This document shows, in pieces, positions 11,401 to 26,812 of a stretch of DNA of 64,000 bases. The notes under the pieces were generated by a model that did not search any database, was not told where the DNA came from, and saw only the letters and a program-made list of their open reading frames with translations. The DNA is from an uncultured Actinomycetota bacterium. GTDB taxonomy: Bacteria > Actinomycetota > Actinomycetes > Propionibacteriales > Nocardioidaceae. The position numbers and the translations under genes are program-made. Location of the stretch: contig CAWKEX010000006.1 of assembly GCA_963848795.1 (NCBI GenBank), positions 30,340-94,339 of the forward strand, in the 5' to 3' direction. The number at the start of each line of letters is the position of its first letter. Within the stretch, counting starts at the first letter, position 1.

Positions 11401-11987
11401 CGCTGGAGGAGTTCACCGCGATGGAGGAGCGGCACAAGTTCCTCACCGAGCAGCTCGAGGACCTCAAGCGGACCCGCAAGGACCTGCTCGACATCGTCCG
11501 CGAGGTCGACGCCCGGGTCGAGGAGGTCTTCACCACGGCGTACGCCGACGTGAGCCGCGCCTTCGACGCCACCTTCGCCCGGCTGTTCCCCGGCGGGGAG
11601 GGGCGCCTCGTGCTGACCGACCCCGACGACATGCTCGCCACCGGCGTCGAGGTGGAGGCCCGCCCGCCCGGCAAGAAGATCAAGCGGCTCTCCCTCCTCT
11701 CGGGCGGAGAGCGGTCGCTGGTCGCCGTGGCGTTCCTCGTGGCGCTCTTCAAGGCGCGCCCCTCGCCGTTCTACATCCTCGACGAGGTGGAGGCCGCGCT
11801 CGACGACACCAACCTCGGCCGGCTGCTGGAGATCTACGAGGAGCTGCGCGAGAACTCCCAGCTCCTGGTGATCACCCACCAGAAGCGCACCATGGAGGTC
11901 GCCGACGCGCTGTACGGCGTGACCATGCGCGGCGACGGCGTGACCACGGTGATCAGCCAGCGGTTGCGTGACGCGGAGTCGGCCTAG
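8425..11987 (+). CDS. smc: chromosome segregation protein SMC; frameshifted
   Basis: LKGFKSF, Walker [10 protein letters not shown], long coiled coils, signature LSGGERSL, Walker [19 protein letters not shown]. Confidence 0.96.
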
Positions 11988-12468
11988 TGGCCTCGACCCC
12001 GGCCGATGACCGTGAGCCCGAGAGCCGCCGCCCCGCCCGCGAAGACTACGTCGCCTGGCGCACCGTGACCACGCGGTGGCGCGGACGACGACGCCTACGG
12101 CCACCTCAACAACGCGACCTACTACGAGCTGTTCGACACCGCCGTCAACGCCCACCTCTACGAGGCGACCGGGCGTCGACGTCCGCGCCCTGCCCGCAGA
12201 TCGGCGTGGTGGCGGAGACGTCGTGCCGCTACTTCCGCGAGCTGGGCTTCCCCGAGCCGATCGAGACCGGCCTGGTCGTCGACAAGGTCGGCCGTCGTCG
12301 GTCGTCTACCGGATCGGCCTCTTCCAGGGCGACCGGCGACGAGGCGGCCGCCGAGGGCCGGTTCGTGCACGTGTACGTCGACAACACCGACCCCGCGCGG
12401 CCCGGTCGACCCCGATCCCCGACGAGATCCGGGCCGCCGTGGAGCCTCTGCTGCGCGCTGACCGCTGA
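11987..12468 (+). CDS. acyl-CoA thioesterase (4HBT/YbgC hotdog family); frameshifted
   Basis: [52 protein letters not shown]. Confidence 0.8.
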
Positions 12469-12541
12469 CGCCGACGGCGCGTGTGGGACGTCGCGCGTGG
12501 TGCGATCGCAGGCCGCTCTCGGACCTCGGGAGGATCCCACC

Positions 12542-12730
12542 GTGCTGCTCATCGGTCTCGCGATGCTCGTCATCCTCGTCGTCAGCGGCCTCGTCGTCGC
12601 CTACGTCGCCTTCCCGCACCGCGGCGAGGAGATCCCCGGCGCCCCGTGGCTCGGTGACGCGATGAACAAGGCGACCGACGCCCTGCCGACCCTCGACGAG
12701 GACGAGGGGACCGACGCCGAACGCCGCTGA
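12542..12730 (+). CDS. small membrane protein
   Basis: GGAGG RBS, one TM helix, YVAFPHRGEEIPGAPWLG, acidic tail. Confidence 0.65.
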   Translation: MLLIGLAMLVILVVSGLVVAYVAFPHRGEEIPGAPWLGDAMNKATDALPTLDEDEGTDAERR

Positions 12731-12756
12731 TCGGTCCGCCTGCTTGGATTGGCCCC

Positions 12757-13886
12757 ATGGGTGACTGGCTCTACCTGATCATCGGCATCGCCGTCCTCGG
12801 CGTCGCTCCTCGTCGTCGGCCTGCTCTCCGCGGGCGCCGTCGGCAGGGTCGACCGCCGCGCGACCGGCACCGACGTCATCGCGCCGCCGCCCACCGAGGC
12901 GCCGCCGAGGCGCCCGCGGAGGCGCCCGTCGAGGCGCCGTCGACCGGTCGCGCCCGCGCGTCGAGACGCCCGAGGGCACCGCCTCCCGGCTGACCCGGCT
13001 GCGCCAGCGGCTGGCCGGCTCCCAGGGCGGCCTCGGCCGCGGGCTGCTCGCGCTGCTCTCCCGCGACCGCCTCGACGAGGACACCTGGGAGTCGATCGAG
13101 GACACCCTGCTCACCGCCGACATCGGCGTCGAGCCGACCCAGGAGCTGGTCGAGAACCTGCGCACCCGGCTCCGCGTCGACGGGCGACGCCGACCCCCGC
13201 GACCGTCCTCCGCGAGGAGCTGCTGTCCCTGGTCGACCCCGACGCTCGACCGCCGCCTCAGCGTGAGCGGCGCCGACGGCAAGCCCGGCGTCGTGCTCGT
13301 CGTCGGCGTCAACGGGTCCGGCAAGACCACCACCGTCGGCAAGATCGCCCGGATCCTGGTGGCCGAGGACCGCTCGGTCGTCCTCGGCGCGGCCGACACG
13401 TTCCGCGCCGCCGCCGTCGAGCAGCTCGCCACCTGGGGCGAGCGGGTCGGCGTCGAGGTCGTCCGCGGACCCGAGGGCTCCGACCCCGCCAGCGTCGCCT
13501 TCGAGGCGGTCCGCGAGGGCGTCGAGCCGGAGGTCGACACCGTGGTCGTCGACACCGCCGGCCGGCTGCAGAACAAGGCCGGCCTGATGGACGAGCTCGG
13601 CAAGGTCAAGCGGGTCATCGAGAAGCAGGCGCCGGTCACCGAGGTGCTGCTCGTCCTCGACGCCACCACCGGCCAGAACGGCATGATCCAGGCCCGCGTG
13701 TTCAGCGAGGTCGTCGACGTCACCGGCATCGTGCTGACCAAGCTCGACGGCTCCGCCAAGGGCGGGATCGTGGTCGCCGTCCAGCGCGAGCTCGGCGTAC
13801 CGGTCAAGCTGGTCGGCCTCGGGGAGGGCGCCGACGACCTGGCGCCGTTCGACCCCGGGGCGTTCGTCGACGCCCTGCTCGGCTGA
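12757..13886 (+). CDS. ftsY: signal recognition particle receptor FtsY; frameshifted
   Basis: N-terminal TM helix; GVNGSGKTTT, DTFRAAA, DTAGRLQNK, TKLDGSAKGG. Confidence 0.95.
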
Positions 13887-13902
13887 GTCGGCCACCGCGT
13901 CG

Positions 13903-13972
13903 GTAACACGGACGTAACGTCCCGCGGCCCACCTGTTTCCTGGCCGCAACACGTCGCGGCGCACCGCGAAAT
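13903..13972 (+). promoter_or_regulatory. GlnR-box array upstream of amtB1
   Basis: GTAAC-n6-GTAAC at 13903-13918, then GTTTC 13935, GCAAC 13946 and GAAAT 13968 at roughly 11-bp periodicity; fits the gTnAc-n6-GaAAc consensus. Confidence 0.7.
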
Positions 13973-14069
13973 CTTCGGCCGAGAGTTGGCGCCAATGGGG
14001 TGAGTCCTGGCCCGACAGCGTCGTCGACGCCGGACCGCCCTCCGCACGGCAATCCTGGAGGAGCACTTC

Positions 14070-15513
14070 GTGGACGGCTACTACACCTGGATGCTGATCT
14101 CGGCCTCGCTGGTCCTGATGATGACCACCCCGGCGCTGGCCCTGTTCTACGGCGGCATGAGCCGCTCCAAGTCCGTGCTCAACATGATGATGATGTCGTT
14201 CACGCGCCCTCGGCGTCGTCGGCATCGTCTACGCCCTGTGGGGCTGGTCGATGACCTACAGCTCGGTCCCCTGGGCGGCTGCGGACGCCGAGAACCCGGG
14301 CTGGGAGGTCGCGAAGCTCTTCGCCAGCCCGTTCGACCAGTTCGGCCTCTCGGACACGCTGCCGGCCAACTACGTCTTCGTCGCCTTCCAGCTGACCTTC
14401 GCGGTGATCACCGCGGCGCTGATCAGCGGCGCGATCGCCGACCGGGTGAAGTTCTCGTCCTGGCTGGTGTTCCTGCCGCTCTGGGTCACGCTCTCCTACT
14501 TCCCGCTCGCCCACAGGTCTGGGGCGGCGGCTTCCTCAGCAACGTCGAGGGCGGGCTGGCCGCCCTGATCTTCGGTGTCACCGACGGCCTGGCCAACGTC
14601 GCGCCGATCGACTACGCGGGCGGCACGGTGGTCCACATCAACGCCGGTGTCGCCGGCCTGGTGCTCGCCCTGCTCATCGGCGTGCGGCGTCGGCTTCGGC
14701 AAGGAGCCGATGAAGCCGCACAACCTGACCGCTGACCATGATCGGCGCCGGCCTGCTGTGGTTCGGCTGGTTCGGCTTCAACGTCGGCTCGATCGTCTTC
14801 ACCTCCACCGACGAGACGCGAGATGATCGCCCAGTTCACCACCGAGACCGGCCTGGTCTGGCTCAACACCACCCTCGCCACCTGCGCGGCGATGCTCGGC
14901 TGGCTGCTGATCGAGAAGATCCGCGACGGCAAGGGCACCTCGCTCGGCGCCGCGTCCGGCGTCGTGGCCGGCCTGGTGGCGATCACCCCGGCCTGCGGCG
15001 CGCTGTCGCCGCTCGGGCTCGATGGGCCTCGGCGCCGTCGCCGGTGCGCTGTGCGCCCTGGCGGTGGGCCTGAAGTACCGGTTCGGCTACGACGACTCGC
15101 TCGACGTGGTCGGCGTCCACCTCGTCGGCGGCCTCGTCGGCACCATCGGCATCGGCTTCCTCGGCCACCACCGACCGGCCTGCTCTACGGCGAGGGGCTG
15201 CGCCAGCTCGTCGTCCAGGTGCTGGTCGCGCTCTACGCGATGGCCTGGTCCGGCGTCGCCACCCTGGTCGATCGGCCTGGCCATCAAGCACACGATCGGC
15301 TGGCGGATCGACCGAGGAGGACGAGGTCGAGGGCATCGACTTCACCGAGCACGGCGAGTCGGCGTACGACCTGACCGGTGCCGGCGGCGCCCGGCGGACC
15401 GCCTCGGTCCTCGCCGGCGCCGGCGTCCAGTCCCGGCCACCCGGCCAGCCGTCGGCGGAGGACGAGCCGGCGGACGAGAAGCCCACGCCCACCGAGAAGG
15501 AAGGAGCACCCGC

Positions 15514-15517
<4 letters not shown>
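14070..15517 (+). CDS. amtB: ammonium transporter AmtB paralog 1 (twin-His); frameshifted
   Basis: [49 protein letters not shown]. Confidence 0.93.
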
Positions 15518-15985
<468 letters not shown>

Positions 15986-15995
15986 TGAGCCGCTC

Positions 15996-19941
<3,946 letters not shown>

Positions 19942-19998
19942 GCTTGACGTTCGATCCTGACCCGCACCATCGCCCAATCAGTTACTAGGGACCCTCAC

Positions 19999-21573
19999 TT
20001 GTTCGCCACACTCTCCGACCGCCTCGCCGACACGTTCAAGAACCTGCGCGGCAAGGGCCGGCTCTCCGAGGCCGACATCGACGCCACCGCCCGCGAGATC
20101 CGGATCGCGCTGCTCGAGGCCGACGTCGCGCTGCCGGTCGTCAAGGAGTTCGTGGGCGCCGTCAAGGAGCGGGCGAGGGGCGAGGAGGTCAGCCAGGCGC
20201 TCAACCCGGCCCAGCAGATCGTCAAGATCGTCAACGAAGAGCTCGTGACCATCCTCGGCGGCGAGACCCGGCGGCTGCGCTACGCCAAGTCCGGACCGAC
20301 CGTGATCATGCTGGCGGGCCTCCAGGGCTCCGGCAAGACGACCCTCGCCGCCAAGCTCGCCCTCTGGCTCAAGGAGCAGGACAAGAGCCCGCTCCTGGTG
20401 GCCGCAGACCTGCAGCGGCCCAACGCGGTCAACCAGCTCCAGGTCAACGGCGAGCGGGCCGGCGTACCGGTCTTCGCGCCGGAGCCCGGCAACGGCGTCG
20501 GCGACCCGGTGGCGGTGGCGAGGGAGTCCGTCGAGGAGGCCCGGCGCAAGCTGCACGACGTGGTGATCGTCGACACCGCGGGCCGGCTCGGCGTCGACGC
20601 CGAGATGATGCAGCAGGCAGCGGACATCCGGGACGCCGTCGATCCCGACGAGGTCCTCTTCGTGGTCGACGCGATGATCGGCCAGGACGCCGTCACGACC
20701 GCCCAGGCGTTCCTCGACGGCGTGGGGTACGACGGCGTCGTACTCACCAAGCTCGACGGCGACGCCCGCGGTGGCGCCGCGCTGTCGATCGCCTCGGTCA
20801 CCGGGCGGCCGGTCATGTTCGCCTCGGCGGGCGAGAAGCTGACCGACTTCGATCTCTTCCACCCCGACCGGATGGCCTCGCGCATCCTCGATCTCGGCGA
20901 CATGCTCACCCTGATCGAGCAGGCCGAGAAGACCTTCGACCAGGAGCAGGCGCTCAAGGCAGCGCAGAAGCTCAGCGGCCAGGGCGGGGAGTTCACCCTC
21001 GACGACTTCCTCGAGCAGATGCAGCAGGTCCGCAAGCTCGGATCGATGTCGAAGATCATGGGGATGCTGCCCGGGATGGGCCAGTTCCGTGACCAGCTCG
21101 AGAACTTCGACGAGCGCGAGATCGACCGCGTCCAGGCGGTCATCCAGTCCATGACCCCGGCCGAGCGCGCCAACCCCAAGATGATCGACGGCTCTCGTCG
21201 CGTCCGGATCGCCCAGGGTTCGGGCCGCCAGGTCTCCGACGTCAACCAGCTCGTGGACCGCTTCTTCGAGGCCCGCAAGATGATGATGACGATGGCCAAG
21301 GGCGGCGGGCTTCCCGGGATGCCGGGGATGCCGGGGATGGGCGGCCCGGGGGGCGGCAAGAAGGCGAAGGCCAAGCCGGTGAAGAAGGGCAAGGGCGGCA
21401 AGCGGGTGTCGGGCAACCCGGCCAAGGCGGCTGCCCAGAAGAAGGCCGACCAGGAGCGCGCCGCCGCGCCGTCCGGCAACCCGTTCGGGCAGCCGGAGGG
21501 CGAGGAGGTCGACTACGAGAAGGCGGCCGCCGCCCTCGACCTGCCGAAGGACTTCTCCAAGTTCCTGAAATGA
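19999..21573 (+). CDS. ffh: signal recognition particle protein Ffh
   Basis: Intact 524 aa ORF; GLQGSGKTT, DTAGR, TKLDGDARGG, Met-rich M domain. Confidence 0.98.
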   Translation: MFATLSDRLADTFKNLRGKGRLSEADIDATAREIRIALLEADVALPVVKEFVGAVKERARGEEVSQALNPAQQIVKIVNEELVTILGGETRRLRYAKSGPTVIMLAGLQGSGKTTLAAKLALWLKEQDKSPLLVAADLQRPNAVNQLQVNGERAGVPVFAPEPGNGVGDPVAVARESVEEARRKLHDVVIVDTAGRLGVDAEMMQQAADIRDAVDPDEVLFVVDAMIGQDAVTTAQAFLDGVGYDGVVLTKLDGDARGGAALSIASVTGRPVMFASAGEKLTDFDLFHPDRMASRILDLGDMLTLIEQAEKTFDQEQALKAAQKLSGQGGEFTLDDFLEQMQQVRKLGSMSKIMGMLPGMGQFRDQLENFDEREIDRVQAVIQSMTPAERANPKMIDGSRRVRIAQGSGRQVSDVNQLVDRFFEARKMMMTMAKGGGLPGMPGMPGMGGPGGGKKAKAKPVKKGKGGKRVSGNPAKAAAQKKADQERAAAPSGNPFGQPEGEEVDYEKAAAALDLPKDFSKFLK

Positions 21574-21941
21574 CCGGGGTGCTCGTCGTCGACGGCGCCA
21601 ACGTGGTCGGCTCGAGGCCGGACGGCTGGTGGAAGGACCGGGCGGGCGCCGCCCGGCGGCTGCACGAGCGGCTGCTGGTCGCGGACACGTCGTACGACGA
21701 CATCGTGCTGGTGCTCGAGGGGGCCGCCAAGAGTGGGGTCCGCGCCGGCGTGGACGGTCACGTGCTCACCGTCCACGCTCCCCGCGACGGCGACGCCACG
21801 ATCGTGGAGCAGGCCAGGCTGGCCGCGGAGCGGGGGAGCGCGGTCACGGTGGTCACCGCCGACCGGTTCCTGAGGGCCCGCGTCGAGGGCGTCGGTGCCA
21901 ACGCCATGGGCCCGTCCTGGCTGCTCGACCAGCTGGCTTGA
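21570..21941 (+). CDS. NYN/PIN-like (YacP-like) small putative RNase
   Basis: LVVDGANVVGSRPDGWW, GDATIV, VTVVTADR; ATGA overlap with the ffh stop. Confidence 0.8.
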   Translation: MTGVLVVDGANVVGSRPDGWWKDRAGAARRLHERLLVADTSYDDIVLVLEGAAKSGVRAGVDGHVLTVHAPRDGDATIVEQARLAAERGSAVTVVTADRFLRARVEGVGANAMGPSWLLDQLA

Positions 21942-21943
21942 CC

Positions 21944-22009
21944 CGATAGTCCGTCACGAAAAGCTCCTCGACACGCCGTCAGGAAGGAGCCGATCGTGAC
22001 GGACTATCG
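21944..22009. repeat. palindromic intergenic repeat family A, copy 1
   Basis: Perfect 16-bp arms CGATAGTCCGTCACGA / TCGTGACGGACTATCG with central CGACACGCCGTCAGG. Confidence 0.85.
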
Positions 22010-22018
22010 TGCTTGGGC

Positions 22019-23093
22019 ATGAGTGCGCTCAGGTTCCGTGGACCGGTCCTGCCCGACGGGGAGTCGCGCGACGTCTACGTCGTCGACGGGCACGTGACCT
22101 TCGAGCCGATCAGCGTCGGCCGAGCACGTCGCCGAGGGCTGGATCGTGCCCGGGCTGGTCGACGCCCACTGCCACGTCGGGCTCGACCAGCACGGCGCCG
22201 TCGACGAGGAGACGCAGGAGGAGCAGGCGGTCACCGACCGGGACGCCGGTGCGCTGCTGCTGCGCGACTGCGGCTCGGCCGCCGACACCGCCTGGATCCA
22301 CGACCGCGACGACCTGCCCCGGCTGATCCGCGCCGGCCGCCACCTGGCGCGGACCAAGCGCTACATCCGCGACTACGCCCACGAGGTCGAGCCGCCCGAG
22401 CTCGCGGCGTACGTCGCGCAGGAGGCGAAGCGCGGCGACGGCTGGGTCAAGCTGGTCGGCGACTGGATCGAGCGCGAGTCCGGTGACCTCGCGCCGTCGT
22501 TCCCGCCCGAGACCTTCGCCGAGGCGATCCGGGTCGCCCACGACCACGGCGCGAAGGTGACCGCCCACTGCTTCGGCGAGGCGGTCCTGCCCGGCCTGAT
22601 CGAGGGCGGCATCGACTGCATCGAGCACGGCACCGGCCTCTCGACCGACCTGATCGACACGATGGCCGAGCGCGGCACCGCGCTCGTGCCCACGGTGATG
22701 CAGCTGAACAACTTCCCTCAGTACGCCGACGCGGCCGGCGAGAAGTTCCCGGCGTACGCCGCCCACATGCGCGACCTCCACGCCAGGCGCCGGGAGACGA
22801 TCATGGCCGCCCACGAGGCCGGAGTGCCGATCTACGCCGGCACCGACGCCGGGGGTGTCCTGCCGCACGGCGGGATCGCCGGCGAGGTGCTGGAGCTGGC
22901 GGCCTACGGCTTCACGCCCGCGGACGCCCTCGGTGCGGCCAGCTGGCGGGCCCGCGAGTGGCTCGGCTGGAACGCCACCCTCGAGGAGGGCGCGCCCGCC
23001 GACTTCGTGGTCTACGACCGCGACCCGCTCGAGGACCTGTCTGTCCTACGGTCACCGGCCCGGATCGTGCTCCGCGGCCGGGTGGTCGGCTGA
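22019..23093 (+). CDS. metal-dependent amidohydrolase family protein; frameshift near N-terminus
   Basis: PGLVDAHCH, WVKLVGD, TAHCFG, IEHG, AGTDAGG, ADFVVYDRDP. Confidence 0.88.
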
Positions 23094-23149
23094 AACCCGG
23101 TCGCCCCGCGACCCGCCGCCGCATCGCGAAACACCGTCCGCTGACGCCG

Positions 23150-23800
23150 ATGAGCATCGCCGAGGTCTTCCCCGCGCTCGGGCTGCGGCTCACCGCCGGT
23201 CCGCTCGAGCTCCGCGGCATCACCGACGACGACCTTGGGACCCTGGGCGCGCTGGCCGTCGGTGGCATCCACGAGCCGGACCGGATGCCCTTCTACCACC
23301 CCTGGACCCTCGTCGATCCGTCGGAGCTGCCGCTGAAGTTCGCGCAGTACCACTGGCGCGGCCGCGCGGCGTGGAGCCCGGAGAAGTGGGAGCTCAACCT
23401 CGGCGTCTGGCGCGACGGCGTGCTGCTCGGCGTCCAGGGCGTCGGCACCGAGCACTTCCTGGTGACCCGCACGGGCGAGACCGGATCGTGGCTGGGTCTG
23501 GAGCACCAGGGGAAGGGGATCGGCACCGCGATGCGGCAGATGATCTGCGCCTTCCTCTTCGACCACCTCGACTTCGAGGAGATCACCTCGGGGGCCTTCA
23601 CCGACAACCCGGCGTCGCTCGCGGTGAGCCGCAAGGTGGGCTACCGCGAGAACGGCGTACGACGCCTCAAGCGGCGCGAGGGCGAGCTGGCGATGAACCT
23701 CGGCCTGGTGCTGACGCCCGGGGACCTCGTGCGCGGCGAGCATCCCCTCCAGGTCGAGGGCGTGACCGCGTTCCGGCGATCGATCGGGCTCGATTCGTAG
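23150..23800 (+). CDS. GNAT N-acetyltransferase (RimJ/RimL-like)
   Basis: ETGSWLGLEHQGKGIGTAMR, DNPASLAVSRKVGYRENG. Confidence 0.88.
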   Translation: MSIAEVFPALGLRLTAGPLELRGITDDDLGTLGALAVGGIHEPDRMPFYHPWTLVDPSELPLKFAQYHWRGRAAWSPEKWELNLGVWRDGVLLGVQGVGTEHFLVTRTGETGSWLGLEHQGKGIGTAMRQMICAFLFDHLDFEEITSGAFTDNPASLAVSRKVGYRENGVRRLKRREGELAMNLGLVLTPGDLVRGEHPLQVEGVTAFRRSIGLDS

Positions 23801-23951
23801 GTGGGCGCGGCGTCTGGCAGAATCTCCCAGCGTGTCCTGCGCGGGCGGACCCTCTCATCCGGCCGACGCAGCGCCCATCGAGTGACCTGACCCGGTCCCC
23901 ACCTGGCAGGGGTCGCTCACCACATACGAAGTTCAAGGAGACACCACAGAC

Positions 23952-24593
23952 GTGGCCGTCAAGATCCGTTTGAAGCGCCTGGGCAAGGTCAAGGTTCCGC
24001 AGTACCGCATCGTCGTCGTCGACTCGCGCAAGAAGCGCGACGGTCGCGTCATCGAGGAGATCGGGAAGTACCACCCCAAGGAGGACCCGTCGTACATCGA
24101 CGTCGTCTCCGACCGGGCGCAGTACTGGCTGGGCGTCGGCGCGCAGCCGAGCGACGCCGTGGCCGCGATCCTCAAGATCACCGGCGACTGGCAGAAGTTC
24201 CGGGGCGAGCCGGGGGCCGAGGGCACCCTGAAGGTGGCCGAGCCGAAGCGCGACAAGCTCGACGCCTTCAACGAGGCCCTCAAGGATGCCGCCAAGGAGC
24301 CCAAGGGCGCCGCGGTGACCAAGAAGACCGCCAAGAAGGCCGAGAAGGACGACGCTGCCAAGGCGGAGGAGCCCAAGGCTGAGCCGAAGGCCGAGGAGCC
24401 CAAGGCCGAGGAGCCCAAGGCCGAGGAGCCCAAGGCCGAGGAGCCCAAGGCCGAGGAGCCCAAGGCCGAGGAGCCCAAGGCCGAGGAGCCCAAGGCCGAG
24501 GTCCCTGCGTCCGAGACCCCGGAGGGCGCGGCCGAGGAGGCCGAGGCGGCCGAGAAGGTCACGGCCGAGGACGCCGGCAAGAGCGAGGCGTGA
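23952..24593 (+). CDS. rpsP: 30S ribosomal protein S16 with long acidic repeat tail
   Basis: [12 protein letters not shown]...[25 protein letters not shown]; extended -10 TGGCAGAAT at 23815-23823. Confidence 0.97.
   Translation: MAVKIRLKRLGKVKVPQYRIVVVDSRKKRDGRVIEEIGKYHPKEDPSYIDVVSDRAQYWLGVGAQPSDAVAAILKITGDWQKFRGEPGAEGTLKVAEPKRDKLDAFNEALKDAAKEPKGAAVTKKTAKKAEKDDAAKAEEPKAEPKAEEPKAEEPKAEEPKAEEPKAEEPKAEEPKAEEPKAEVPASETPEGAAEEAEAAEKVTAEDAGKSEA
24387..24500 (+). repeat. 15-bp coding tandem repeat (KAEEP) in rpsP
   Basis: AAGGCCGAGGAGCCC x7 perfect (24387-24491) plus partial and degenerate flanking units. Confidence 0.95.
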
Positions 24594-24841
24594 GCGCGAT
24601 GCTCGCCGAAGCACTCGAACACCTGGTGCGGGGCGTCGTCGACAACCCCGACGACGTCACCGTCCGCGACAAGGAGCTGCGACGTGGCTCCATCCTCGAG
24701 GTGCGGGTCAACCCCGACGACCTCGGCAAGGTGATCGGTCGCGGCGGCCGTACGGCCACCGCGTTCCGCACCGTGATCTCGGCGCTGGCCGGCCGGGGCG
24801 GGGCGCGGATCGACTTCGTCGACGTCGACCGCCGCCGCTGA
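24590..24841 (+). CDS. khpA: KH-domain RNA-binding protein KhpA
   Basis: [15 protein letters not shown]...[13 protein letters not shown]; canonical position between rpsP and rimM. Confidence 0.93.
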   Translation: MSAMLAEALEHLVRGVVDNPDDVTVRDKELRRGSILEVRVNPDDLGKVIGRGGRTATAFRTVISALAGRGGARIDFVDVDRRR

Positions 24842-24844
24842 CCC

Positions 24845-25440
24845 TTGGTCCCGGCAGGTTCGACCGCTGAGGGCGCGACGCCCGGCCGGGATCGCATCGA
24901 GGTCGTCGTGGGCCGGGTGGGTCGTCCGCACGGCCTCCAGGGCGAGGTGACGATCGAGGTCCGCACGGACGAGCCCGCACGCCGCTTCGCGGACGGGTCC
25001 GTCCTGCGGGCCGAGCCACCCCGCCGGATCCGCGTCGCAGCTCCGGGCGCTCAGCGTGACCGGTTCCCGCTGGCACCGGAGCACTCTGCTCGTGAGGTTC
25101 GAGGAGCTCCCCGACCGCGACGCGGCCGAGGCGGCCCGCGGGATCCTGCTGTTCGCCACCGTCGACGTCGCCGAGTCGCCGGAGGACCCCGAGGAGTTCT
25201 ACGCCCACCAGCTGGTCGGCCTCGCGGCGTACGACGAGCAGGGTGCCCACCTCGGCGAGGTCTCGGCCCTCGTCCGCGGCGGCGCCCAGGACCTGCTGAC
25301 CGTGCGCACCCCCGACGGCCGCGAGGCGCTGGTGCCCTTCGTGAAGGCGCTGGTGCCCGAGGTCGACCTGGCCGGCGGCCGGGTCGTGATCGCCGACCGG
25401 CCTGGACTCGTCACTCCGCTGGAGGAGGTCGGACCGATGA
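24845..25440 (+). CDS. rimM: ribosome maturation factor RimM; frameshifted
   Basis: [48 protein letters not shown]. Confidence 0.92.
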
Positions 25441-26566
25441 GGATCGATGTGGTCACGATCTTCCCGCGCGTACCTCGACCCGCTCGACCTCTCGCTGCCG
25501 GGCAAGGCCCGCGAGAAGGCCCTCCTCGACCTCCGCGTCCACGACCTGCAGGGACTGGACGCACGACCGGCACCGCACCGTCGACGACACGCCGTACGGC
25601 GGCGGGGCCGGGATGGTGATGAAGGCCGAGCCGTGGGGAGAGGCCCTCGACGAGGTGCTGCCGGACGGGGCGGTCCTGGTGGTGCCGACGCCGTCCGGGA
25701 CCGTGTTCACCCAGGCCGCCGCCCGTGAGCTGGCCGGGCACGACCACCTGGTCTTCGCCTGCGGCCGCTACGAAGGCATCGACCAGCGCGTGCTCGACCA
25801 CGCGCGGACCCGCGCCGACGTCCGCGAGGTCTCCATCGGCGACTACGTGCTCAACGGCGGGGAGGCGGCCGCCCTCGTCGATCATCGAGGCCGTGGTGCG
25901 GCTCATTCCCGGGTTCATGGGCAACCCGGAGTCGCTCGCGGAGGAGTCCCACGAGGAGGGGCTGCTGGAGTACCCCGTCTTCACCAGGCCCACGACCTGG
26001 CGCGGGCTCGACGTCCCGCCCGTCCTGCTGTCCGGTGACCACACCGCCATCGCCGCGTGGCGGAACGAGCAGGCGCGGCACCGGACGGCCGAGCGCCGGC
26101 CGGACCTCGCGCATCCGGCGCTCGCGGTCTCGGTCGACGGGCTGGACGGACTGGTCCGCCCGACCGAACCGGCCGACCTCGGCGAGTTCCTGACCCTGCA
26201 GTGGGCCTGCTTCCCGCCCGAGCTGCACGAGCCCCTCGACGTCCTGCGGCGCGACGTGCTCGAGGAGGACACCAGCTTCGTGCTGCGGGTGGGCGGCCGC
26301 CTGGTCGGCACCGTCAGCTGCCGGCTGCTCGCGGACGGCACCGACTGGCAGCCGCGGCTGCTGATGGTCGCCCCCGACCTGCGCGGGCGAGGGATCGGCC
26401 GCTTCCTGCTGGAGTACGCCGAGCGGGCCGCGCCGCCGTCGGTGACGACGTACTCCCTCCTGACCGGGACGGGCAACCAGCGGAGCCAGAAGATGTACAC
26501 GAGGGCCGGCTACCGCTCCCGTGGCGAGGTCCGCCCCGGGGTCGTGCGGTTCACCAAGCCCGATAG
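25437..26566 (+). CDS. trmD: tRNA (guanine37-N1)-methyltransferase TrmD fused to a C-terminal GNAT domain; frameshifted in the TrmD part, 3' end approximate
   Basis: [63 protein letters not shown], then in frame [17 protein letters not shown] and [13 protein letters not shown]. Confidence 0.92.
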
Positions 26567-26621
26567 TCCCCGAATCTTGGGTTGCCGAGGGCTCTTCAGC
26601 AACCGAAGATTCGGGACTATC
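26562..26621. repeat. palindromic intergenic repeat family A, divergent copy
   Basis: GATAGTCC(C)CGAATCTT...AAGATTCGGGACTATC long hairpin with the same termini as the 21944 and 41912 copies. Confidence 0.7.
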
Positions 26622-26728
26622 CGGATTTCAGGGGTACGACGGGGCTGTGGCAGACTGAATCCCCGGCCCAGTCGGCCAAACAAGGATCATCCGAGACGCC
26701 CCGGCGTGCGGAGGTCCGCGTCGGTTCC

Positions 26729-26812
26729 TGCCACAGGGGGAGCATGACGCCGCCGGCCACCCCACTGGTCCACAACTGAAACGACATCCGTTACCGCGGC
26801 TGACCTGTGGCA
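26729..26812 (+). promoter_or_regulatory. structured 5' leader of rplS
   Basis: TGCCACAGG (26729-26737) pairs with CCTGTGGCA (26804-26812) just before the RBS; extended -10 TGGCAGACT at 26648-26656. Confidence 0.45.

Noticed and set aside
21300-21360. GMPGMPGM repeat in ffh
   Set aside because: Common low-complexity feature of the Ffh C-terminus in actinobacteria.
20280-21479. Long antisense ORFs opposite ffh and many other genes
   Set aside because: These are shadow ORFs expected from high GC3 codon bias; they have no recognisable motifs.
24387-24500. Short direct repeats as a CRISPR array
   Set aside because: No spacers; in-frame coding repeat within rpsP; no cas genes in the window.
25056-25619. 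Apparent in-frame RimM-TrmD fusion
   Set aside because: An ATGA overlap at 25437-25440 is the expected junction; one inserted base would create the apparent fusion.
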